Of a stretch of 64,000 bases of DNA, positions 46,892 to 56,652 are shown piece after piece (position 1 is the first letter of the stretch; the number at the start of each line of letters is the position of its first letter). The notes under the pieces are model-generated. The model did not search any database. It was not told the DNA's origin and saw nothing but the letters and a program-made list of their open reading frames with translations. Location: contig OZ251234.1 in NCBI GenBank assembly GCA_965240325.2, positions 1,736,001-1,800,000 of the forward strand. The letters are read 5' to 3'. The DNA is from Rebecca billardiae RCC1528. Its lineage: Eukaryota; Protista; Haptophyta. A program made the position numbers and the translations under genes.

Positions 46892-49159
46892 ATGCATCGG
46901 CAGTCGATCATCGGCCTCGTCTTCCTCCTACTGCTCGCGCCAGCGGGCCGCTGCTTCACGCCGCAGGCGCCCGCCGCGCGTCGGCCGTCGACCCCGGCGA
47001 CGGCGGCGAGACGAAGCGCTGCATCAAGCCACATTACCCGCGCAACGCACGCGCCAGCCGCGCGAGCCGCGGCCGACCCAGTCCATCACCGCCGCCGATC
47101 GCCCGCACTGCCGACGATGGCATCCGAGAAGCCGTTTAAGATCGAGAAGATCCTCATCGTGGGCGGCGGGAATGCCGCCCACGCGATGGCCGCCCTCTTC
47201 CCCCACAAGGGCTTCGCGTGCAACATGCTCGTGCGCGCGCGCGCGCGCTCGCGCCACGAGCCGTGCCGCGCGCGCGCGCACGCGCTCGCGTGCGACAGCC
47301 GTCTGAGGCGTGCATGGCGCGCGCCTGCGCGCGCGCACGCATCTGTACAGGCCAACTTTGCGGACGAGGCCGAGCGGATCAACGCCGCGCTCGCCGAGCA
47401 GGGCCACATCGCGGCCACGTTTGCGTCGCACAACAACCCGGCTGGCCTCAGTGCGCGCGCGCGCACGAGCACGCGTGGTCACTCCGGCGCGAGCGCGCGC
47501 GCGGCGGCGGCGGCGTCGGCCGTGCTCACGCGATGGCGTTTCGCCGCCCCCGACCCCTCCCCCGCGCGCGCGTGCAGTCAAGGGCCGCCCCGACAAGGTG
47601 TCGAAGGCCGCGGCTGACGTCGTGGCCGGGTGCAACGTGATCATTCTCCCGCTGCCCTCGTTCGCGTACCGCTCGGTGCTGGAGGAGCTGAAGCCGCACC
47701 TCAAGCCGGGGATGCACATCGGCGTGACGCCCGGCCAGGGCGGCTTCGACTGGATCGCGCGCGACGTGCTCGGCGAGCTCTGCTCCCAGCTCGTCTTCTT
47801 CGCGATCATGCCGATGCCGTTCAACTGCCGGATCACCGAGTTCGGCAAGGCCGTGGCGGTGCAGGAGTTTAAGCGGCGGTACCGCATCGGCACGCTGCCC
47901 GCGTCGGCCGAGCCGGCGACGCTGTCGATCTGCGAGCAGCTGCTCGGGCCCACCGAGGTGCGCGCGCCGCGCCGCGCGTGCCCGAGGCTCGCGCGTGGCT
48001 TCCGCCTCTCCGACGGCGCGCGCGCGCGCTCATCCTCCGAGGCACGCGCGCGTGCGCGGCGCGCGCGCACGAACGCGCGCACGCAGTCCTGCGGCCACTT
48101 CCTCGCGACGACGCTGTACCCGATCAACGCGATCATCCACCCGCAGCGGCTCTACTCGCTGTGCCACCCGCCCGGCGGCAAGCCGTGGGCGCCGGACAAC
48201 AAGCTGCCAGAGAACCCGCTTTTCTATGAGGTGCGCACGCGCATGCGCGCAGGCACGCGCGCAAGCACGCGCAAGCACGTGCAAGCACGCCACACTCGGC
48301 CGGAGCGATGGCTCCGCGCGCGCGCGGGCTGGGCGCTGGCCGTGGCTCGCGGTCGCACCGGGGGCTGCGTCCGCCTGCCGCGCGGACGGCGTGCCCGTGC
48401 GCGGCGAGACCGGCCCACGGCGCGCGCAGCTCGCGCACCGCACCGCTCACGCCGCGCCCCTGGGCGCGTCCGCGGCGCGCTTGCCGCCTGCGCGCGCCGC
48501 TGGGGCGCGGGGCGCAGGACATGGACGAGCAGTCGGCCGGGCTGATGGACCAGGTGAACAAGGAGCTCATCGCCGTCTCCGAGGCGCTGAAGGGCACGGG
48601 CATGGCGATCGAGGTGCCGCACATCTTCGACTTCCTGTGCAAGTTCGTGTACGGCGACCCCTCGCCAGACCTCAAGACCTTCTTCGCGACGCAGTCGGCG
48701 TACAAGGGCTTCCGCTGTCCGTTCAAGCAGAGGTGAGCCGAGCGCCGCGCGAGCGCGCGAGCGCGCGAGCGCGCGAGCGCGCGGCGGCGGGCCGCGACGC
48801 GCCCGCCCCGAGCGCGCGGCCCTCCTCACCCCGCGCTCACCGCGCCGCGCCCGGGCGCGCGCGCGCGCCCCACCGCCGCTGCGCCGCCCACCAGCGAGGG
48901 CGGCGGCTGGGACCCGGACTTCTCCAACCGGTACTTCACCGAGGACATCCCTCTCGGTCTGTGCATCTACAAGGGCGTCGCCGACATTGCGGGCGTGGCC
49001 ACGCCGACGATGGACATGGTGATCAGCTGGGCGCAGGGCAACATGGGCAAGGAGTACGTGGTGGGCGGCAAGCTCGCGGGCAAGGACGTCGGGGAGACCG
49101 CCGCGCCGCAGCGCTGGGGCATCACAACGGTGGAGCAGCTCAACCGCGGCTTTGCTTGA
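46892..49159 (+). CDS. NAD-dependent opine (octopine/tauropine-type) dehydrogenase with N-terminal presequence; exons 46892-47230, 47351-47450, 47578-47957, 48087-48230, 48518-48732 and 48895-49159
   Basis: IVGGGNAAH, PGQGGFDW, MPFNCRITEFG, NAIIHP, PLFYE, AYKG..P, PDFSNRYFTEDIPLGL...KGVA..AGVATP.MD.VI.WAQ..MGKEY and APQRWG. Five GT-AG introns join these in frame. Confidence 0.92.
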
Positions 49160-50459
49160 GCCCATCGGCGCGCCCGCGCGATTCGCGCCGTGGGTTCAGG
49201 GTCGTGATGCGCGCCAGCCCAGGCTCGAGGAGTGGCGGATCCGGAACGGATTTGCGCCTCGAGCCTGCCTCCGGACCTGGGCATCAGCGGCACGGGCATC
49301 GCTTCTCAGCTCCCTGGACCTCGGCTGGTTATTCCGGTTTCACGACTTTCACGTCACTGGCGCGCTGTGCTGCCGCCTGGGGCGCCTGGTTCCACTTCCA
49401 GTAGATCAATCAGTGGACTACCATTGGTGATTTGGTCCGCTAAGGCCGGTCAGTCCTAAGGCGGGTCCTGAACGACCGGGCTTCGGCCGTGGAACCGCGC
49501 GGCCTAAGCTGTACTAATACTAGTCGTTATACGACAGTCCGACGTAGACGTAGCAGTTGAGTAGTTCAATATAACCGTCGTCGTCGTCGTGATGAGATCG
49601 AGAGGCTCCGGCTCCGGTCCACCACCCCCCAGCTCCGTTACGTCTTGGCCCCCGCCGTGGGAGCCAAAGTCAACCAAACGGACTATGCAGCGCTCGCAGC
49701 TGAGAGTCCCTGAGTCCGACCCCCGACTGGCGATTGATGCGCATGACTTCAACAAGACTGTTTCAACGTGAACTAGACGACTATACTAATGTCGCAGTCC
49801 GACCACCTCCCTCAGAGGTTCAGACTCGATCATGCTGCTATTAATTTTTACTATGGACGAATTATCCGCCGTTCCTTACTCAGATTTCAGCACAATCCGG
49901 GAGCGTTCCGGACACCTGTAGACATATGCGGAAATGATACCCGGGCTGGGTATTTAGTTATGAAAATAGAGTCTGAACCTATTATTTATTGGAGGTGTCA
50001 CGGCTGATGATCCAGTCTGGCCCGTGGTAATATCGTCCATCCAAAGGACCGCCTGGGGTGGTCTAGGAGCTATATTGTAGATCATCAGAGGTGGCGATCC
50101 CGCCGATTATGCAGTGTCAAGATGTATAACGCTCCAGTGACCGCGGACTGGGGGCCGGGTCCGGACCGCGAAGCCGGAGCCTATAGATAACAGTATGCCG
50201 CCTCGGATGATGCATCTACACGTCTGCGCGTGAGACTCGGACCGCGTGTAATTCGGCGCAGCAGATTCGGGTGCGACGACTCGTGAGTGACTACGACCTA
50301 CTCACTACTGCAGACGTCCTGCTCCGATGGGTCTCTGACGTAATCGTCGCGCGGTTCATCATATCAGCATAATGACGACCGCGCGTCATCCGAGCGCCGG
50401 TGTCGCCGATACGTCGCCGATGAATCAGTACGGACTCCGAGCAGCAAAGCACTAGGTCG

Positions 50460-51548
50460 TCACGGCGATGACGAGCAATTGGCGACAGCAGCAGCAGCGC
50501 CGACGACGCCGCCCCGGTACGCGTGAGCGGACGCCGCCGCCTCTGGTGATGGACGAGAGCCTGGTGGCGCGCTCGACTTTGAGCCGAGGGCCGCCGCCGG
50601 CCAGGGGCCGCAGTTGAGCACCTCCGCCGCCTCCGAGCATTTGCACTCGAGCTGTGCGCACACACCGGTGCGCTTTGGTATGCCAGATCCACACGCGCCC
50701 GCTTGCTCGCCCTCGGCGGCACGCAGGACCGCAATTTCGTGCATCCTGACGCCCCACACGCCCGGGAACTGCACAGAGTTACAGCCTGATGCGGAAGCGT
50801 TCCAGATGGCTTCCCGCTGCGCGACGCGCTTGGGCCACTGCGCCTGTTCTTCGAGGCTCGCGCCGAGGCCAGCCCGGGGTTTGAATACGCACGTGCGGCC
50901 GACGTTGATCCAGATGCCAGTGCCTCTCAGCGCGTAGAAGAAGATGGTGCCATGCCACGGCTCGCGCGCCGTGTGCACGCGCATCACCTCCACCCACGAG
51001 CCGTTGGGCACAGGCGCGCGCGGCCGCGCACTGCGGTGGACAAAGACGCCGTGGGCGCTGTGCAAGGCAAGCCCGTCCGAGTTCGGCTTGCCCACGTACG
51101 CCACGCCGTCGGCCAGGCTATCCACGATGCTGACCGCGAATGGTACCACGTCCGTCGGCGCGTTCGGCAGCGCATGCGCACAGCTGATGTTCAAGGGAGA
51201 TGCCGTGGTGTTGCGGCTTTTATTCCAGAAACGAAATTCGGCGAGCCCCTCCGGCATGAGCCCAGGCGTGCACCTGTACAGCCACTCCAGCTCCTGCACC
51301 AGGTCTGGCACGCGCGCTGCGGAGACGCGCTCCTTGTACACCGCGGAGAGGTACGCCCGCCACTCGTGCAGCCCCGCCGCCAGTGCCGGGTCGGGGGCGC
51401 CCGTTGCCGCACGCGCCAAGCGTGGGGCGAACGTGGCCGAAGGAGGCGCGGAGTTCAAGTGCCAACGCGCTGGGCGTCCCGGCACGAGCTGGCAGCCGGC
51501 CACGACCGCGAGCACGCGCAGCGCGCGGCCATGCTGTCGCCCATGCAT
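50460..51548 (-). CDS. Uncharacterised Cys-containing, possibly secreted protein
   Basis: Single ORF with conserved-looking blocks WRAYLSAVY, PNGSWVEVMR, FYALRGTGIWINVGRT, GCNSVQF, HEIAVL and C-x-C...LNC. No function is recognised. Confidence 0.65.
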   Translation of the reverse strand: MHGRQHGRALRVLAVVAGCQLVPGRPARWHLNSAPPSATFAPRLARAATGAPDPALAAGLHEWRAYLSAVYKERVSAARVPDLVQELEWLYRCTPGLMPEGLAEFRFWNKSRNTTASPLNISCAHALPNAPTDVVPFAVSIVDSLADGVAYVGKPNSDGLALHSAHGVFVHRSARPRAPVPNGSWVEVMRVHTAREPWHGTIFFYALRGTGIWINVGRTCVFKPRAGLGASLEEQAQWPKRVAQREAIWNASASGCNSVQFPGVWGVRMHEIAVLRAAEGEQAGACGSGIPKRTGVCAQLECKCSEAAEVLNCGPWPAAALGSKSSAPPGSRPSPEAAASAHAYRGGVVGAAAAVANCSSSP

Positions 51549-51692
51549 TATGATCTCGTATCCCGGTGGAGTCAAATCATAAATTAGTCCGGCGGAGGCG
51601 GAGTCCGGGGGCGCCCCCGAAGGCCGGTGGCCAGCCAACCAGACAGTGGTGCACTGCCGCCGCCGCCGCTGCCACCGCGCTGCTGACCACCG

Positions 51693-53483
51693 ATGGCGCA
51701 CTCGATCCGGCAGATGAAGCTGGAAGCAGCGGCCACGCGCGTGCGTACGTGCGCGCAGAGCGACTTGAGCCTTCTCACCGAGAGCCTCACCGCGGAGCTT
51801 CAGGATCACGCCCTGTCGCCGTCATACATGAACAACCTCGCCGGCCTGGACGTCTCCTTGCTTGCCAGCGCGCGCACCGAGGTGCTGGCTGGCGTGCACG
51901 CCCTCCTCGACGCGGCGGGAGCGTCGCCGTCGGGCAAGCAGGCGCTTCGAGTTGCGCACGCGGAGCTCATGCGCCCGCTCAAGCAGCTGCGCGACGTCCT
52001 CGCGAAGATGCGCGCTGAGTTTGCAAGCGTGCGCGATCTCATTACCACGCGTGGCGCCCTCCCACGGGAGCACCCGCTCGTGCGCCACTTCCTGCTGAAG
52101 ACGGGATGGGACGCCCAGAGCAACTGGCTATCGCTCTTGCAGAACAGGATGCCCTACTCCGACTTCGAGCCGCTCGACGAGGACGCCCCGCTGCCCATCG
52201 CGCAGCTCAGCGCGGAGGTCGAGCACATGCGCGCGCTGCTGCTGGACGAGGCGTTCCGTCCGGAGACGGTGCATCCGCCCCGCCGCCTCGCGCTGAGCGA
52301 CGGGCGCAGGCTCTCCGATCGCGTGCAAGACTCCATCCGCGCGCTCCTCGCGTACAACCTCGTCCACGTCGCCGACGATGTCTCCAGTGCGATTGCATGC
52401 GCGCGCGCGGCCGCGGCCGAGCCGACAGGCCGGCTGCAAGAGCCGAGCTGGCTCACGGTGCTCAACGCCGCGCGCGCGAGTGCTGAGCTGTACGGCGTGC
52501 GCGTGGGGCACGTCAAGGTCTTTGAGGAGACCGAGAGCTTCGACGAGCCGCACGTGCATGATCTCAAGCAGCGCGGCGACATCCTTCAGCTGGCGCATGG
52601 CGCGGCACTCGAGCTGCGCGAGCTTGTCGAGGCCTTGAGCAAGCTAGAGGAGGAGCCGCTGCCGACGCTCCTCACGTCGGCGCGAAAGCGGCTGGACTTT
52701 GACGACACCAGCGCGAAGCGCAGGCGCGTCGAGCTGGAGACCAACAACACGCCCGAGCCCTACTTGCTCGCGTCGCCGGAGGAAGGTGCGGCCACGGCGG
52801 GAGGCGGCGCATGCGCCGCGCCGAGTGACACGGCCGCGCCGACCGCCGACGACGGCCTGCCGGAGCTGCCAGAGGCCCACGTGCCGCCAGGTGCGAGCCA
52901 GTCGAGCCGAAGCGTCCTCGGCATGCTTCGCGCCTCTATGAGCATCGGGACGCGCATGATGAACGTGCTCACATCGTCGCTCGGTGAGGACGATCTGGGC
53001 GAGCCAGCGCACGACGCGGGCGCGAGCTGCGCCTCTGCCGCGGACTGCTGCATCATCGAGACGCACGTGCTCGCACCGGACGGCGCGCTGATGGAGCACG
53101 AGGATCTGGATTGCCCCAAGATCTGCGCGACGTGCTCGTACACCAGGCTGCGCGACAAGCTGTACATCTCGCTCAAGAACGCTGGCCCCGGAGACGTCGA
53201 GGTGCACGGCTGCCAGCTCGACCTCCGGCCAGCTCGACCGGCAATGGAAAAGCTGTCACGCGAGCACCTGACGTGGCTGGATGGCCTCGTCCGCCTGTCC
53301 TCGCATTACTTCGAGGCGAGTGAGCTCGAGTCCTTCACGGAAGACGTGGATGATCGCATGCATGTGCGCATGTCCGAGACCAGCGAGATTTTGATCCCGT
53401 GGGCTCCGAGCGCCGAGGATGCAGTCGTGGTCAGCAAGATCAAGCTGGATTTGAAGATGCCGAGCTGCTTTGACGGACGTTGA
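51693..53483 (+). CDS. Uncharacterised, probably nuclear protein
   Basis: 596-aa ORF with normal composition and GC3 bias. It contains RKRLDFDDTSAKRRRV, which resembles a bipartite NLS. Confidence 0.75.
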   Translation: MAHSIRQMKLEAAATRVRTCAQSDLSLLTESLTAELQDHALSPSYMNNLAGLDVSLLASARTEVLAGVHALLDAAGASPSGKQALRVAHAELMRPLKQLRDVLAKMRAEFASVRDLITTRGALPREHPLVRHFLLKTGWDAQSNWLSLLQNRMPYSDFEPLDEDAPLPIAQLSAEVEHMRALLLDEAFRPETVHPPRRLALSDGRRLSDRVQDSIRALLAYNLVHVADDVSSAIACARAAAAEPTGRLQEPSWLTVLNAARASAELYGVRVGHVKVFEETESFDEPHVHDLKQRGDILQLAHGAALELRELVEALSKLEEEPLPTLLTSARKRLDFDDTSAKRRRVELETNNTPEPYLLASPEEGAATAGGGACAAPSDTAAPTADDGLPELPEAHVPPGASQSSRSVLGMLRASMSIGTRMMNVLTSSLGEDDLGEPAHDAGASCASAADCCIIETHVLAPDGALMEHEDLDCPKICATCSYTRLRDKLYISLKNAGPGDVEVHGCQLDLRPARPAMEKLSREHLTWLDGLVRLSSHYFEASELESFTEDVDDRMHVRMSETSEILIPWAPSAEDAVVVSKIKLDLKMPSCFDGR

Positions 53484-53880
53484 TGCTCGTCATCCTTCAT
53501 CGATGATGGCGGCGCGCGCAGCAGCTGGCGGCAGCCGTGATGAATCATCGCATATATCCTATACCGTTGATACGTAGCATCACTACCAGCCCGCCGCATC
53601 GTCAGCATCATACTCCTGACCGCACGCCGCCACTAGGCGTACGACCAGCCGGCGCTATGTGGCCCGGCCCGCATCGATTCTGGTAGCAGTTTCACTACGA
53701 CTACTTCAAGGGCGCAGCATCAGCAGGTGTCGCTTGACGGCAGCGCATCGTCATTGCGACAGGCGGCCGATATGATGCATGCAGCGCAGCTGCGATAATA
53801 TATTAGTATTATCATATATAAAATTCTATATCTGAATAACAAAATACTCTGCTGAATTGAAAGTATCAGGCGCTGATTAT

Positions 53881-53882
<2 letters not shown>

Positions 53883-53927
<45 letters not shown>

Positions 53928-53948
53928 CTCTCGTCTCTCTCTCTCTCT
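53883..53948. repeat. (CT)n microsatellite, imperfect
   Basis: Read directly from the sequence. Confidence 0.97.
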
Positions 53949-54270
53949 ATCAAATGCTGTGACAGCCTGCCCTCAGCCGTCAGCGCCGTGCGCTCGGGGA
54001 GTCGGGGCAGCCTCGGGCTGCTGCTGCGCCGCAGCTTGGCGCGACGACAACACCTTGCCACCTGACGCGACGGCACCGACATCACATGCCAACCCAGGTC
54101 GTGCTCTCGCCGCAGAAGCATATATTATTGTCATAATCGAGACGGGGAGTGCAGGGCTGATCGACTGAACCGTTTGATCCGTTGATCGAACGGACTCAAA
54201 GTCAAGCGCATCACATCGGACTCGGCGCGCAAGGCGGAGGATGCGGCTCGGAGAGCTGACAGCGTGACGC

Positions 54271-54957
54271 CTAGCGCACCTCAAAGATGGCGTCACCCTT
54301 CCTGTACGCCGTCTCCGGACGCCCGTCCGCCTTCGCGGCGAATCGCGCGGCGACGAAAAGGAAGTCGCTCAGCCGGTTCAGGTACTGCGCGACATCGGCG
54401 GGCGTGTCACCGGCCTCGACCAGCGGGGTCACGCTCCGCTCCGCGCGGCGGCAGATGGTGCGCGCGAGGTGGAGGGACGTGCTGCACTGCCCACCGGAGT
54501 AGAGGACAAAGTTCGTCAGCGGCGGCAGCGTCTCCTCCATCTCGTCGATCCAGCCTTCCAGCGTCTCCACCTCGCGTGCGTTGAAGATCGTGCGCTCTCG
54601 CTTGCGCTCGTCGGTTGTCGTGGTGTGCGGCGTGGCGATGGCGGAGCCGATGTCGAGGAGCCGGCACTGCACCCACTGCATCTGCGTGCGCAAGCGATCG
54701 AGCTCCGGCGAGCAGAACTCCGCTGCGACCCCGAGTGCTGCGGCCACCTCATCCGTGTCACCCAGCGCGGCAAAGACTGCGTCCGACTTGGGCCTTCGCT
54801 CACCATTGTACAGCGACGAGCGCCCCTTGTCGCCGCCCCGTGTGTAGATCTTCACGCCGCGCGAGAGGCTGGGCGCGGCTGCAGCCAGCGGAGCCTGTGC
54901 GGCGACCAGCCCGCGTTGCACACACCGCCATTGGCGCAGGCATCGCAGCGCCGCCAT
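54271..54957 (-). CDS. MMAB: PduO-type ATP:cob(I)alamin adenosyltransferase, mitochondrial
   Basis: KIYTRGGDKG.SSL..GERR.K...F.ALG..DE, L.DIGS.IATP, LPPLTNFVL.SG, LHLARTICRRAER and YLNRLSDFLFVAAR. The Arg-rich, acid-free N-terminus resembles a mitochondrial presequence. Confidence 0.96.
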   Translation of the reverse strand: MAALRCLRQWRCVQRGLVAAQAPLAAAAPSLSRGVKIYTRGGDKGRSSLYNGERRPKSDAVFAALGDTDEVAAALGVAAEFCSPELDRLRTQMQWVQCRLLDIGSAIATPHTTTTDERKRERTIFNAREVETLEGWIDEMEETLPPLTNFVLYSGGQCSTSLHLARTICRRAERSVTPLVEAGDTPADVAQYLNRLSDFLFVAARFAAKADGRPETAYRKGDAIFEVR

Positions 54958-55142
54958 CGTCGACGATGCTTCTCGACTCTCGAGACGGCGGGATCCACAG
55001 GCTGCCTCAGCATTTTCGTTATATTGGTTTTTTTATTTAGAGGAAACATGCGGGCCGGTCTTTCCCCCGCGCGCGCGCGCCGCGAATTCAATCATGCCAA
55101 TGTCGCTGTCGAGAGTGGGCCGTCGCCGTCCGCAAGGGTGGC

Positions 55143-56501
55143 TCAAGCACTGTCAGCATTGGCGAGCTCCGGTGGCGGCTCAGCCAAAGAGTTCTCCGAG
55201 GACGGCCAGGCTGACCTGGCATAGCCGCCGCCGGGGAGCAGCAGCTCGATGGAGAGCGGGAAGTGGTCGGAGAGCAGCTGCGTCCGAGGCGTCCGCAGGA
55301 CCTCCGCCGCACAGCGCGGCGGTGACTTGGCCGGCGCGCCCCGCAGACTCATTGGGCGTGGCGCCGACGCAGCGTCGTCCGCCACATCGGACGGCGCCGC
55401 GGCCGAGCCGATCGCGGCCGCGCGCGCGCACTCGGCTCCGATCACGCCATCGCCCACGAGGCAGTAGTCCAGCCGCATCGGCGCGAAGTGCATCTGGTCT
55501 GCGTTCAGCTGCGTCGGCACGGTGTGGCGCGCGCCGCGTGCCTCGGCGCCCAGATCGCGGAGCCCGCTCGCCAGCAGGGTGCGCATCGGGGCGTAGTCGA
55601 TGCGGGCCGCGCCCCCGCGGGGGGACGCCGTGAACTTCTTGAGCAGCTGCGCGCGCCGTGGCCCGGACCCGATGCGCCCGAGCAGCCCGGACGCCACGTG
55701 CTCGCGCTCGTCGAGCGGCGAGAGCGTGTTCAGGTCCCCCAGCAGGACAAACGGCCGGCCGCGTGCCGCGGCGGCGCTGGCACGCTCGGCGATGCGCTCC
55801 GCCTCGCGCGCGCGCTGCGCCGTGGAGTGCGGGTCGAGGTGTGTCACGCACACCTCGAGGCCGGTACTCAGGTGCCGCGCGCACAGCAGCCCGTGCGCAA
55901 ACGGCGCCGCCCGCTCCTGCGCCACCGCCTCCAGCGGCTCTCGCGAGAGCAGGCCCAGATGATATCTCGACTTTGCGAGCAGAAGCGCATGCGGCATATT
56001 TACGCGCGCGCCGAGCGCGCGGAGCGCGGCCGCGTCGATGCCGTTGAGCTCGTTGAGGGAGACCAGGTCGTACGCGCCGTCGCGTATCAGCATCTCAATC
56101 TCGTCCAGCCGCCTGCGCCTCGTGGCTGCGCCGCCGCCGCCGTGCGGCGCGGCTTGGACCCAGCTCACCGCGCCATCGAGGATGTTGTAATGCAGCGCGC
56201 GCACGCGGCGGGGGCCGGAACGGCGGAGGGCGCGGGGAAAGCCAGATGCGTTCGCCACGGGGCCATCTGCCGCGGCGCCGCGCTCGGTGAAGCGGGCCGA
56301 GGGAGTCTGCGCGTCGTCGCCGAGCGGCACCAGCAACGGGCGCTGGTCCCCGCCCACGCGCACGGCCACCTGCGTGGCGTTGAGCAGGTTCATGCCGACG
56401 GTGATGCTGGCGATCGAGCTGAAGCGCGAGGCGCAGAGAGCGGCCGACGCGGCGCACGCGACAGCCACCAGGGTCCACATGAGCGTCATGTGCGTGCGCA
56501 T
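55143..56501 (-). CDS. Endonuclease/exonuclease/phosphatase (EEP) family protein with signal peptide
   Basis: HYNI, DLVSLNE, VTHLDP, LLGDLN, RLDY and SDHFP catalytic motifs, plus a hydrophobic N-terminus. Confidence 0.88.
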   Translation of the reverse strand: MRTHMTLMWTLVAVACAASAALCASRFSSIASITVGMNLLNATQVAVRVGGDQRPLLVPLGDDAQTPSARFTERGAAADGPVANASGFPRALRRSGPRRVRALHYNILDGAVSWVQAAPHGGGGAATRRRRLDEIEMLIRDGAYDLVSLNELNGIDAAALRALGARVNMPHALLLAKSRYHLGLLSREPLEAVAQERAAPFAHGLLCARHLSTGLEVCVTHLDPHSTAQRAREAERIAERASAAAARGRPFVLLGDLNTLSPLDEREHVASGLLGRIGSGPRRAQLLKKFTASPRGGAARIDYAPMRTLLASGLRDLGAEARGARHTVPTQLNADQMHFAPMRLDYCLVGDGVIGAECARAAAIGSAAAPSDVADDAASAPRPMSLRGAPAKSPPRCAAEVLRTPRTQLLSDHFPLSIELLLPGGGYARSAWPSSENSLAEPPPELANADSA

Positions 56502-56652
56502 CACTTGCGGTCGGCCATCGTGAGGACGGCTGCTCTCGGCTGCTCATGACTCATGAGCAGCCGCGCGTCCGGGTGGGTGTCCGGGGTGGGGGGTTGCGCT
56601 GTCCACCGCTGGACCGGCCGGGCGCGAGTCGCGAAAGGTCAAAGGTCGCGTC

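Noticed and set aside
49500-50300. Lower-GC intergenic island (also 8660-9400 and 20040-20410) as foreign DNA or an RNA gene
   Set aside because: No tRNA/rRNA fold, TIR pair or credible ORF was found by eye; probably TE debris or regulatory DNA.
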